A stretch of DNA of 63,908 nucleotides, counting the filler. It is 7 parts of 7 records of this genome, joined end to end, with 100 filler letters (N's around TTAATTAATTAA, not from the genome) between each part and the next. Parts side by side here need not be neighbours in the genome. Positions count along the whole stretch, not along the records: positions 43,638 to 52,941 come from SRR31156797_40135; positions 53,042 to 58,796 come from SRR31156797_40160; positions 58,897 to 63,908 come from SRR31156797_41783; 4 more parts are not named here. One strand, written 5' to 3'. Shown here piece by piece: positions 50,967 through 61,537 of this stretch (the stretch's first letter is position 1; every line of letters starts with the position of its first letter). The translations under genes were made by a program, and so were the position numbers. The notes under the pieces are model-generated. The model saw only the letters and a program-made list of their open reading frames with translations. It did not search any database and was not told the origin of the DNA.

Positions 50967-51140
50967 CGTATCTTTCCTTAAACGAACATTGCCATTTTTT
51001 TTGTTCACCTGCTCTAGTGTACAGCTCTACAAAGAGCTCAAGAGACATCAATAAACCTATGAAGCAGGAGTTTGCGGTCCAGTGTATCGCCGCAAACGGC
51101 CAGTTAGGTTGAAATGTCTGCTCACAATGGTGGATTTCAG

Positions 51141-51202
51141 AAAAAAGAGGACAGATGAGCGGCATGGAACCTGTCTCCCTTTACAAAAAAAGAGGACAGG
51201 TT
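51141..51202. repeat. Short direct/inverted repeat cluster, probable terminator or REP-like element
   Basis: AAAAAAGAGGACAG at 51141-54 and 51186-99 flank an inverted copy CTGTCTCCCTTT; hairpin AACCTGTC...GACAGGTT. Confidence 0.5.
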
Positions 51203-51225
51203 TTCAGATTTACAAATGCAGGTTG

Positions 51226-52653
51226 TCAGTGTGCAACGAGCACGTGCCGGACCACGGTATAGTCTTCAAGACCGTACATGGAAAGATCCTTTCCATAGCC
51301 AGTCTGCTTCATGCCGCCGTGGGGCATTTCATTGGGTAGCATAAAGTGGGTGTTCACCCAGGTGGCGCCGTACTGCAGTTTTGCCGCAACCGCATGGGCC
51401 TTCCCTACATCTTTAGTCCACACCGATGATGCCAGGCCATATTCCGAATCATTGCCAAACGCTATGGCCTGCTCAACCGAGTTGTCAAAACGGGTGATTG
51501 AAACCACCGGTCCAAACGCCTCCTGCTGGACAATCTCGTCATCCTGCCGGGCACCCTTGAGCACCGTCGGCTCATAAAAGAAGCCAGGGCCGTCTACCTT
51601 TTTCCCCCCGCATAACACTTCAATATGTCCCGTTGCCACTGCACGTTGGACAAAGCCGTCCACCCTTTCCCGATGTTGTGCTGTAATCAGCGGTGGAATC
51701 TCCGCATCAGGATCGTTGATATCTCCATATTTAATGGCTCGGGCAGCTTTCGCGAGTTCTTCCGCAAACTCATCATAAATCTTATCAGCAACATAAACCC
51801 TGCAGGCGGCGACACAATCCTGACCCGCGTTGTAGTATCCATAGGTGCGGATTGTATCGACCGCACCTGCAATATCGGCGTCATCAAAAACAATAACAGG
51901 GGCCTTACCGCCGAGCTCAAAATGTGTTCGCTTGAGGTTGCCCGCTGCAAGACGAAGCACTTCTTTACCAGTGGCCACGGAACCGGTGACGGAAATCATG
52001 CGCACCCGTGGATGTTTTGCCAGCTCAGCACCAACCTCAGGGCCGTTACCGGCAACGATGTTTAGAACTCCTGCAGGAATCAGGTCTTGAAAAAGTGGTG
52101 CCAGTTCCAACATGGTAAGGGGTGTGTTTTCAGATGGTTTAAATACAACACAGTTCCCCGCTGCAAGCGATGGGGCAATCTTCCAGGCGGCCATCAGCAG
52201 GGGATAGTTCCAAGGCGCAATCTGGGCCACAACCCCGACTGGATCGCGACGGATCATGCTGGTCATGCCCTCAAAATATTCTCCAGCAGCAGATCCGGTG
52301 AGTAGACGGCAGGCCGAAGCGTAAAAACGGAAACAGTCGACGATAGCTGGAATCTCATCTTCGAGCATACGTAGGTACGGCTTTCCGGTATCAAGCGATT
52401 CAAGACGCGCCAATTCTTCAGAACGGTTTTCGATTTCATCCGCTATTTTCAAAAGTAGAGCACTACGCTCTGCAGGGACTACGGAAGACCAGGCACCAAA
52501 AGCATTTTCCGCAGCCATCACGGCCTTGTCGACCTGGGCAGCACTTGTGCCCTTAATCTCTGCTATCTTGTCACCGTTTTCAGGGTTGAGTATATGTTCG
52601 ACGCTTCCTTCTCCTTCAACTAGAGCGCCGTTAATCAATATTTTTTGCTGCAT
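51226..52653 (-). CDS. patD: Gamma-aminobutyraldehyde dehydrogenase
   Basis: [16 protein letters not shown]...[57 protein letters not shown]. Confidence 0.85.
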   Translation of the reverse strand: MQQKILINGALVEGEGSVEHILNPENGDKIAEIKGTSAAQVDKAVMAAENAFGAWSSVVPAERSALLLKIADEIENRSEELARLESLDTGKPYLRMLEDEIPAIVDCFRFYASACRLLTGSAAGEYFEGMTSMIRRDPVGVVAQIAPWNYPLLMAAWKIAPSLAAGNCVVFKPSENTPLTMLELAPLFQDLIPAGVLNIVAGNGPEVGAELAKHPRVRMISVTGSVATGKEVLRLAAGNLKRTHFELGGKAPVIVFDDADIAGAVDTIRTYGYYNAGQDCVAACRVYVADKIYDEFAEELAKAARAIKYGDINDPDAEIPPLITAQHRERVDGFVQRAVATGHIEVLCGGKKVDGPGFFYEPTVLKGARQDDEIVQQEAFGPVVSITRFDNSVEQAIAFGNDSEYGLASSVWTKDVGKAHAVAAKLQYGATWVNTHFMLPNEMPHGGMKQTGYGKDLSMYGLEDYTVVRHVLVAH

Positions 52654-52692
52654 GGGTTTCTCCATCACTTGGTGGATTTTGTAAGATACAAT

Positions 52693-52941
52693 CTACTGGA
52701 TCAGCCCATCGGATTGTAAAGCCCTGGTTGCTTTTTCAATACTGGAGTCGAGTATCGCTACCATCTCGTCAATCCCGGCCTTATCGATGACAAGGGGGGG
52801 GGATAAAATCAAAAGCGCCTCGTACGGACGAACTATAAGCCCCTGTTGATCACAGAACTGGTCTACAGTTTGCGCCGCTGTCATATCCTTTTCCTCAGCT
52901 GCGGTCTTGTTGCCGCTGATATTGCATTCAACACAGGCCAT
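52693..52941 (-). CDS. Class III aminotransferase C-terminus (5' truncated), likely polyamine aminotransferase
   Basis: MACVE...C..QGLIVRP...ILSPPLVI...ID.MV..L pattern; sits upstream of patD. Confidence 0.75.
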   Translation of the reverse strand: MACVECNISGNKTAAEEKDMTAAQTVDQFCDQQGLIVRPYEALLILSPPLVIDKAGIDEMVAILDSSIEKATRALQSDGLIQ

Positions 52942-53041
52942 NNNNNNNNNNNNNNNNNNNNNNNNNNNNNNNNNNNNNNNNNNNNTTAATTAATTAANNN
53001 NNNNNNNNNNNNNNNNNNNNNNNNNNNNNNNNNNNNNNNNN
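52942..53041. other. Artificial contig spacer
   Basis: N44-TTAATTAATTAA-N44. Confidence 0.98.
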
Positions 53042-55155
53042 GAGAATTAGACGTTTACGAAGATTGGCGCAAACCTGTTGATGAACGGGCAAAAGACCTG
53101 GCATCGAAAATGTCGGTGGAGCAAATTGCCGGTTTAATGCTTTATAGTGGGCATCAGGCTATTCCGGCCCGAAGCCATGGTTTTGGTGGAGGAACTTATA
53201 ATGGCAAGCCTTTAAACGAAAGTGGAGCAAAACCCAGTGACCTCTCCGATCAGCAAATAAAATTTTTAACCGATGACAACTTACGTCATGTGCTGATTAT
53301 ATCAGTAGAAAGTCCGGCTGTGGCAGCACAATGGAACAACAATATGCAGGCCTTGGTTGAAGGACTGGGATTGGGTATTCCCGGAAATACAAGTTCTGAC
53401 CCACGGCATCGGATAAATACAGATGCAGAATACAATGCCGGCGCAGGCGGCCAAATCTCAATGTGGCCATCTACCATGGGACTGGCTTCTACCTTCGATC
53501 CTGCTATAATGTATAAGTTTGGCGAGATTGCTTCGGTTGAATACAGGGCACTTGGAATTGCAACAGCTCTTTCACCGCAAATAGATTTGGCAACAGAACC
53601 CCGTTGGAGCCGATTTAATGCAACTATGAGTGAAGATCCACAATTGGCAGCCGATTTGGCACGAGCTTATGTGGATGGATTCCAGAATTCTTCATCAGAA
53701 AAAACAATTGCAAACGGTTGGGGCTACGAAAGTGTGAATGCCATGGTCAAACATTGGCCGGGTGGTGGCCCGGAAGAAGGTGGCCGCGACGGGCATTTTG
53801 GTTACGGAGCCTATGCCATTTATCCGGGAGGTCGATTCGAAGATCACCTTAAACCTTTTACCGAAGGAGCTTTTAAACTGGATGGAGAAACAAAAATGGC
53901 TTCAGCTGTTATGCCTTACTATACCATTTCATACAATATCGATCAGAAAAATGGAGAGAATGTGGGTAACGGTTTTAGCGATTACCTGATTAATGATGTA
54001 TTACGGGGGGAATATGGTTACGATGGTGTTTTATGCACCGATTGGGGAATAACCAAGGATGTAAGCAATGTGTACGAATTTCGTGGAAAACCCTGGGGGG
54101 TAGAACTGCTTTCAGAAGCAGAGCGTCATTACAAGGCAATAATGGCCGGAATGGATCAGTTTGGCGGTAACAACGAAATGGGACCTGTTATTGAAGCATA
54201 CGAGATGGGAGTGAAAGAACATGGTGAGGAATTTATGCGTCAACGTTTTGAGCAAAGTGCTGTTCGCTTGCTAAAAAATATTTTCAGACCTGGGTTATTT
54301 GAAAACCCCTATCTAGATGTGGAAGAATCTTCAAAAATTGTGGGAAATGCAGAGTACATGAAAGCCGGGTTTGAAGCGCAACTTAAGTCGGTTGTAATGA
54401 TTAAAAACAAGGAAAATGTATTGCCTCTGGAAACAAAATTGAAAGTTTATATTCCGCAAAAGTATATTCCGGGAGGTGTAAACTGGTTTGGTGTAAAAAG
54501 TGAACCTAAATGGGTTAATGCCGCAAATTTAGATGTGGTAGGCAACTATTTCGAACCTGTTGAGACTCCGGAGGAGGCAGATATAGCCTTTGTGTTAATT
54601 ACTAGTCCGCAAGGAGGGACCGGTTACTCGGTTGACGATGTACAGAATGGTGGCAATGGTTATGTTCCAATTAACTTGCAGTATGGTCCGTATGTTGCAG
54701 AGTTTGCCCGTGAAGTAAGCATTGGTGGAGGTAGCCCGTATGAAACATTTACAAACCGTTCGTACAAAGGCAAAACCGGAACATCAGCGAATGCCCGGGA
54801 TTTAAAATCGATTCTTGAAACAAAAGCAAAAATGGGGGACAAACCTGTACTAGTTGTGATCAATGTTTCCAATCCTTTTGTACCGGCTGAATTTGAAAAA
54901 AGTGCCGATGCCATTTTAGTACACAGCGGTGTGCAGGATCAGGCATTAATGGAATTGGTAACTGGCAAAGCTGAACCTAACGGGCTTTTGCCTTATCAAT
55001 TACCAGCCAACATGAAAACCGTTGATGAGCAATTTGAAGATACTCCACGAGATATGGAATGCTACACTGATGAATTAGGAAATACTTATGATTTTGCTTT
55101 CGGGCTGAACTGGAAAGGTGTAATAAATGATGAACGCGTAAAAAAATATAAGTAG
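53042..55155 (+). CDS. GH3 glycoside hydrolase (5' truncated)
   Basis: Frame open from the contig start (ELDVYEDWR...RAKDLA); SSDPRH, SPQIDLATEPRW, KHWPGGG, nucleophile motif CTDW. Confidence 0.93.
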
Positions 55156-55190
55156 GGACAGTTTACATTATCTAATTAAGAATTAAAAAG

Positions 55191-55218
55191 AAGGGTGCTG
55201 AAAGGCATCCTTTTTTTT
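55191..55218 (+). terminator. Intrinsic terminator
   Basis: AAGGGTGCT-GAAA-GGCATCCTT followed by a T-run. Confidence 0.75.
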
Positions 55219-55355
55219 GCGAATAACCCGGGGGCGTATATAGAAAGTAGCATACATCGTGGGATATTATTATAACTTTTCAACACATTTGTGATAGCAA
55301 TACCCATAGCAGTCCTTATTTTTGTATGTATCTGAAAAGAAAGCAAATGATTTAA

Positions 55356-58300
55356 ATGAAGAACAAGCTAAATATAATTCTTACTGTTACTGCTTTATTT
55401 CTTTCGATGTTTGTTGGAGCAAATAACGAAAGGCTAAAGTTTATTCATTACAGCAATGAGGATGGCTTGCCTTCTTCCTACATCAGGGGAATTTCGCAAG
55501 ACAAGTACGGGTTTATTTGGTTGGCTACACGTAGTTCTGTATGCAGGTTCGATGGAAAATATTTTAAAACCTTCCAGGCGGTTGATGATGATGGGAGCTC
55601 ATACGACATTTGGGGGAAAAAGATATACTGTTTCCATGATTCGCTTTTAATTGTGCAATCGACAAACAACGACTTTTTCTCTTTCAATTTTGAGTTGGAA
55701 CGTTTCGAACCGTATGATATTTTGAATGATATTGGGGACGTAAGAAACCTTGAAGAATCAAAAGATGGCTTTTGGGCACACAGTAATGACTCGCTTTATT
55801 TCCTGAATTTAGAAACACAAAAAACCTTATCGTTTAACGATAAAATTGATTTTGCCCAAATTCCGAAGTTTTCAAAAATCCTCAATGTTCGCGAAAGAAA
55901 CGGGCGTTTAATTGCAACAACAAACACCAGGGATCTATTGGTTCTTGATATTGACCAAAAGCAACAATGGGAGCTTAAATTACCCGATGAAATTATAATC
56001 GATATTAACGCTACTATTTTTTTTGATAAAAACAATCATGTATGGATAGTGGGTTTGGAACAGGGGATTTTTCGAATTAATTTAACAAACGGGCACTATG
56101 TTCAGTTTTCGGCTAAGCTAAGTGGCAATAAGCATTTGTTGCACGATATGGTGCACACTGTTTCTGAGGATCATCTTGGGCGTATTTGGATTGGAACGGA
56201 AGATGGTTTATGTGTGTGGTCGCCTCGAAAAGAAACAATGGATTTGTATCAAAAAGACATCTATCAGCCGCAAGGATTAAATACCAACCCTGTGTACAAA
56301 GTGTTTTGCGATAAAGAAGGCAATATGTGGCTGGGGACATATTTCGGAGGAATAAATTTTTGGAACAGTAGTACTGAGTTTTTTACGGTTTGGCAAGCTG
56401 GTACCAGTAATCAACATCTCTCGGGTAGCGCCGTTAGCTGCATAACCGAAGACCACAATGGCAACATTTGGATCGGGATGGAAGATATGGGGATTAACCG
56501 TATAGACAAAAATAATAACAGGATAACAAAGGTCATTAACGAGTCAAGTGGCCTGTCGTTTAATAACGTTCACGATCTGCTATTTGAGACACCTTCAAAA
56601 ATGTGGATTGCTACTTATACAGGAGGTGCAAATATTCTTAACCTCAAAACCAATCAATTTGAATACATAAACATCGAGAGTCATCCGCAATTACCATCTA
56701 ATGTGATATATCATTTACTTCATTGTGGCGATTCAATGTACCTTTCCACCGCTGCCGGAATTGGTATCTATAATTTAGAAAACAAAACAATGAGCCGTAT
56801 TCAGGATAGTATTCTGAGTCAGGTTCAGGTGGAGTTTATGCATGATGAGGGCGATCGGATTTGGTTTTCGTCGTATGCTGGTGTATTTTTTATGGAAAAA
56901 GGAGATGGCTCTTTCCATAAATTTGAACCGTTCTCTCATCTCAAAAGGCTTAATTTTGTGAAAACTGATTCGAAAGGACGTATTTGGGCAGGTGACTGTT
57001 TGGAGGGGCTTTGGGGCTACAACACGAAAACTGATTCGATATTTGCATATAATGAGAAAAGCGGTTTCCCTTTTTCATGGATCTTTAGTTTGGAAGAAGG
57101 TAAGAATGATAATTTGTGGGTGAGCGGCGATAAAGGACTGGTAAGGTTTAATCCTGAAACCGGGGAGCAAGTTTGGTTTAACCGGGAATCGGGCCTGCCT
57201 TTCGAGCAGTTTAACTTCAGGGCATCGTATAAAGATAAAAATGGGGATATTTATTTTGGTGGTAATAATGGCATGGTTTCGTTTAACGTAGATGCCCGGC
57301 AAGATGAAGGGAAAGAACTTGATGTGGTATTCAGGGGTATGCAGTTGTTTAACCAGGAACTAATACCCGGTACTAATATCGCTTTAAGTCAATCGCTAAA
57401 CCTGCATCCCGAAATTTGTTTAAAATACAAAGAGAATGTATTTACTATCGAGTATTCGGGGCTTAATTATCAAAACCAAGGAAAATGTCAGTATGCATAC
57501 TACCTTGAGAATTTCGAGAATGATTGGAACTATGTTGGTGATCGCGATTTTGCAACTTATACAAATCTTAGTCCCGGTGAGTATTATTTTCACGTAAAGG
57601 CCTCCACCGATAATACCAATTGGGGAGAACATGCAAATACCCTAAAACTGACAATTGAGCCACCGTTTTGGCTTTCTAACTGGGGATTTTTTATTTATTT
57701 TCTGATTGTTATTTTGCTTTTGGTAATGTTTTACCTGGTAACTACACGAATTCAAAAATCAAAGGCTTTGGCCGAAATGGAACGACGTGAAAAGGAATAC
57801 CTTACCGAGTTGAACAACTTCAAACTGGAATTTTTCACCAATGTATCGCACGAACTTCGTACTCCGCTAACTTTGGTTGTTGGTCCACTTACCCGAATTC
57901 TTGAAGAGGAAAAATTAACTCCGGCATTAAGTAAAAAAATGAAGGGGATTAAAAATAATGCCCATCGTTTATTAACCCTTATAAACCAGTTATTAGAGTT
58001 TCGGAAAATTGAGACCGGAAAAGAGAAACTGCGAGTGGCTTATCAAGAGATAGATAGTCTGTTAAAGAATATTGAAGAAGCTTTTGATGAATCGGCAGAT
58101 ACGAAAGGAATAGAACTGACATTTGAAAAGCGCAACCTTGATACAAGTATTTGGATAGATGGCCAGAAATTTGAAAACATACTTGTAAACCTGGTGTCAA
58201 ATGCCTTGAAATATACTAAGGAAGGTGGGGAGGTAAAGGTTTATACGAAATTACTTGTTCGGAAGAATGAAAAAAAGCGGAAGCTATTACGGATTATTGT

Positions 58301-58796
58301 TTCGGATACAGGTGTTGGTATCGAATCGGCAAAACTGAACCGGATATTTGACCGTTTTTATCGGGCAGAAGGTGGCGACAATACAAATAACGGAGGATCA
58401 GGAATTGGGTTGGCCTTTGTTAACAGTTTGGTTAAATTACACAAAGGCACTATAAAAGTGGAGAGCAAAGTTGGGGCAGGATCAGTGTTTACTGTTGAAA
58501 TCCCTGTTTCCAGAAAAGCTTATAAAGACAATGAAATAGTATTTGGAACAAATCAGTACGTAGTTAAAGTTGATCCGGTAGAGAATGAAAAACATGTAGT
58601 ACTGGTTGATAATGAAGCCGAAAAATTAAGGCAGAAACCTGTGGTTTTGGTTATTGATGATAACCGCGAGTTATTGGAATTTATAACCGAAACGTTGGAA
58701 GACAACTATACGGTTCTAACTGCAATAGACGGAACCCAGGGATTAGAAAAAGTGGAACAGGATTTACCCGATCTGATTATCAGCGATGTGATGATG
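55356..58796 (+). CDS. Bacteroidota hybrid two-component system (beta-propeller, Y_Y_Y, HisKA, HATPase, REC; 3' truncated)
   Basis: DGLPS..I..I.QD..GFIW repeats, ATYTNLSPGEY, PPFW, FFTNVSHELRTPL, GSGIGL, PDLIISDVMM. Confidence 0.95.
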
Positions 58797-58896
58797 NNNN
58801 NNNNNNNNNNNNNNNNNNNNNNNNNNNNNNNNNNNNNNNNTTAATTAATTAANNNNNNNNNNNNNNNNNNNNNNNNNNNNNNNNNNNNNNNNNNNN
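58797..58896. other. Artificial contig spacer
   Basis: N44-TTAATTAATTAA-N44. Confidence 0.98.
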
Positions 58897-59007
58897 CGCT
58901 TCGCCGATGCATCCGGCATCGCCTTCGGCGTGCGCGCCCGCCATGCGGCCGACCGGGCCCGTAACGCAATTCCAGAATTCTTCCGTAGCCTGCCAGGGGA
59001 AAATTGA
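58897..59007 (+). CDS. 3' end of an unidentified gene
   Basis: Open frame RFADASG...EFFRSLPGEN* whose TGA overlaps the next ATG (TGATG). Confidence 0.45.
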   Translation, partial: RFADASGIAFGVRARHAADRARNAIPEFFRSLPGEN

Positions 59008-59708
59008 TGGGTGCCAACAGAGCATACCTGTGTGAACGCCTGCGGCCATTGGACGCGGCGGTGGTCAGCGACGTATTGGATGAGGCGGGATTCCCTCATC
59101 AGGTATTGGCAAGCGGGATTGGACCGCTGTCTCCACAAATCAAAATGGCCGGCTTTGCCGTCTGCGCGAGCGGAGAACCGCGTGTCGCCGTTTCGAATCC
59201 GGTGCCCAATTCATCCCCCGGAGACATTGAAGCCGCGTTGTCGGAAGGAGCAATCGCCGTGTTGGGTACGGGCGGTTTCACGACGGGAGCCTGCATCGGC
59301 GGTTTTGTCGCCTATCAATTCCAACGATTGGGATGCCATGGCGTGGTTACCGACGGTGCAATCAGGGATTCCCAGGAGATCATCGAAATGGGCCTGCCCG
59401 TTTATACGACGGCGGTAACACCGATCAACGGCGCCAGACGATGGTCGTGGACGACGGTGGGCGAGCCCTTGCACTTGCCCGGTCAAACCGGACCGTCGGT
59501 TTGTGTCGCTCCGGGGGATTTTCTTATTGGGGATGCCGATGGCGTTACCGTCATCCCTGCCGACTTTGCAGAGGATGTCATCGCGATGTCGGAAGAACTG
59601 GCACGGATCGAAGGCGCCATCACCAAAGCCCTTCGCGGCGGCAGCAACCGCGAGGAGGCAATGAAAGCCAACCCCCGCTTCAAACATATCCGCCGGCTAA
59701 ACGGATAG
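59007..59708 (+). CDS. RraA family / HMG-CHA aldolase-like protein
   Basis: VVSDVLD, GFAV, ACIGG, GVVTDGAIRD, VAPGDFLIGDADGVTVIP motifs. Confidence 0.88.
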   Translation: MGANRAYLCERLRPLDAAVVSDVLDEAGFPHQVLASGIGPLSPQIKMAGFAVCASGEPRVAVSNPVPNSSPGDIEAALSEGAIAVLGTGGFTTGACIGGFVAYQFQRLGCHGVVTDGAIRDSQEIIEMGLPVYTTAVTPINGARRWSWTTVGEPLHLPGQTGPSVCVAPGDFLIGDADGVTVIPADFAEDVIAMSEELARIEGAITKALRGGSNREEAMKANPRFKHIRRLNG

Positions 59709-59787
59709 TGGCTCCGGTGTCGGCAACAAGTGGTGGATCAACCACCCAACAAACAACTTCGAGGCAAGTCTGATTAAGGAGATAAAC

Positions 59788-60786
59788 ATGATTTCGAAAC
59801 AGTTGCAAAGAAGGTGCCTGACCGCACTTGCGGCCGCAGCCTTCGTCGCATCCATAGGCGCCACACCGGCGCTGTCGGCAACGGAGATGACGATTGCGAC
59901 CTTCCATCCGCGCAGTGGTACCGCGGATGTCGAGAGCCTCTACAAATACAAGGAACTGGTCGAAGAACGGACCGGCGGCGACATCAAGGTCAACGTCTTC
60001 TACGGAGGAACTCTCGGCGGCGAAAGGGAATTGGTTGAACAGCTTAAACTCGGCACGGTGCATCTGTGCCTTGGAGGGTGGGGCACACGGGGCGCCTACA
60101 TCAAGCATATCATGCCGTGGGGCGTGCCTTACCTGTTCTCCACCAAGGAGCAAATCACTGAAACCGTGAAAGGACGCATTGGCGAGGAAGTGAAAAAAGC
60201 TTACGCCAAGGAAGGAATCATCTGGACCGGCATCTATTTCCGCGGCAATCGCCAGTTGACGACAAACCGCGATATCAAGGTGCCCAAGGATTTGGAAGGC
60301 ATGAAAGTTCGCCTCCCCGAAAATCCAGATTGGCTGGTCGTTTGGAAGGAATTCGACACTCAGCCTGTACCGATCCCTTCGCCGGAAATCTTCGGTTCCC
60401 TGCAAACCGGTGTGGTCGATGCCCAGGAAAACCCCGTTTCCTCGAATTACAACCGCAAACTATGGGAAGTTCAGAAGAATACCGTCCTGACCAACCACAT
60501 CATCGACATGCAGTCGATCCTGTTGAGCAAGTCGTTTGTTGAAGGCCTTCCCGCAAAGCAGCAAGACATTCTGGTCAAGGCGGCGGAGGAAACCTTGGAA
60601 TGGGCTACCAAGTTTTCGATGGACAAGGAAGGCGAGTTGATTGCCGATATGAAAGCTCACGGCATGAAGTTCCTGAATCCGGACCTCAAACCATTCCAGG
60701 ATGTTGCGCTCAGCACCATGGATTACTTCAAAAAGAAGTGGGAGCCGTGGGTGTTCGAGGAAGTCAACAAGGTTCTGGGCAACTAG
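59788..60786 (+). CDS. dctP: TRAP transporter substrate-binding protein
   Basis: Signal peptide; VEERTGG.IKV...G.LGGE, GNRQLT, DLEGMKVR, LQTGVVDAQENP, LWEVQK. Confidence 0.95.
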   Translation: MISKQLQRRCLTALAAAAFVASIGATPALSATEMTIATFHPRSGTADVESLYKYKELVEERTGGDIKVNVFYGGTLGGERELVEQLKLGTVHLCLGGWGTRGAYIKHIMPWGVPYLFSTKEQITETVKGRIGEEVKKAYAKEGIIWTGIYFRGNRQLTTNRDIKVPKDLEGMKVRLPENPDWLVVWKEFDTQPVPIPSPEIFGSLQTGVVDAQENPVSSNYNRKLWEVQKNTVLTNHIIDMQSILLSKSFVEGLPAKQQDILVKAAEETLEWATKFSMDKEGELIADMKAHGMKFLNPDLKPFQDVALSTMDYFKKKWEPWVFEEVNKVLGN

Positions 60787-60820
60787 CGCCAAAACCTGCC
60801 CGGAAAGAAAATAATCCCCC

Positions 60821-60860
60821 GGCGCGGGGCCTGGGAGCATAATTTCTCAGGTCCCGCGCC
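60821..60860 (+). other. Strong stem-loop after dctP (mRNA stabiliser or partial terminator)
   Basis: GGCGCGGGGCCTGGGAG / TTCTCAGGTCCCGCGCC 17-bp stem with G-U pairs and no T-tail. Confidence 0.65.
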
Positions 60861-61048
60861 ATTCAAAACAAGCTGAATTCATCGAACAACCGGATTAAAC
60901 GGGCCGCGGAAGCACTCCGAAGCGGCTACGAAAAATGAAGATTTCGACGGGAACAAGGAAGGCACCGCAATTGCCATGCAGCCGATCAGGCTCGTAGCGC
61001 GGTCCTTCCCGGGTTCTTCAGCAGCGTGTCAATGAACACGAGGACAAA

Positions 61049-61537
61049 ATGACTTCTCTGGAACGTGCCATCGATTGGCTTGCCCGATCACTTCATTGGA
61101 TCGCCACGGGTCTTCTGGCAATGATAATGGTGACGGTTTTCATGCAGGTCGTGTTTCGTTACGTGCTGGGCATGGCGGTCCCATGGACCGAAGAGGCCGC
61201 CCGCTATTTCAACGTATGGATGGTATTCATCGGTTGTGCCGTTGCGGCGGCCAGGGAAGGTCATATTCGGGTAACGTATTTTCTCGACCGGGTGAAAGGC
61301 CCCCTGAAAACCCTGCTGCTGTTCGCGATGTTCCTGGTCATGGGCGCTTTCGAAATCATCGTCTTCTTCGGTGCCATCAAACTCGTCAAGCTGAACTGGA
61401 ACCAATTCGCGACAACACTGCCGGTTAGCATCGGTGTCCTTTACATCGCGCTGATCGTTTCCTCGTTCGCCACCGTATTGTTCCTCCTTCGCCTCGTCGG
61501 CGGCAGGCTGGCCGGACTTTTCGGGGGGAAAGCGTGA
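61049..61537 (+). CDS. dctQ: TRAP transporter small permease
   Basis: Four TM segments; QVVFRYV...WTEEAARY..VW..FIG...HIRV. Confidence 0.93.
   Translation: MTSLERAIDWLARSLHWIATGLLAMIMVTVFMQVVFRYVLGMAVPWTEEAARYFNVWMVFIGCAVAAAREGHIRVTYFLDRVKGPLKTLLLFAMFLVMGAFEIIVFFGAIKLVKLNWNQFATTLPVSIGVLYIALIVSSFATVLFLLRLVGGRLAGLFGGKA

Noticed and set aside
51003-51160. 6S RNA or SAM-I riboswitch
   Set aside because: The apparent closing stem relies on the adjacent repeat motif, and no 6S or SAM-I consensus is recognisable on the relevant strand. Kept only as an unassigned structured leader.
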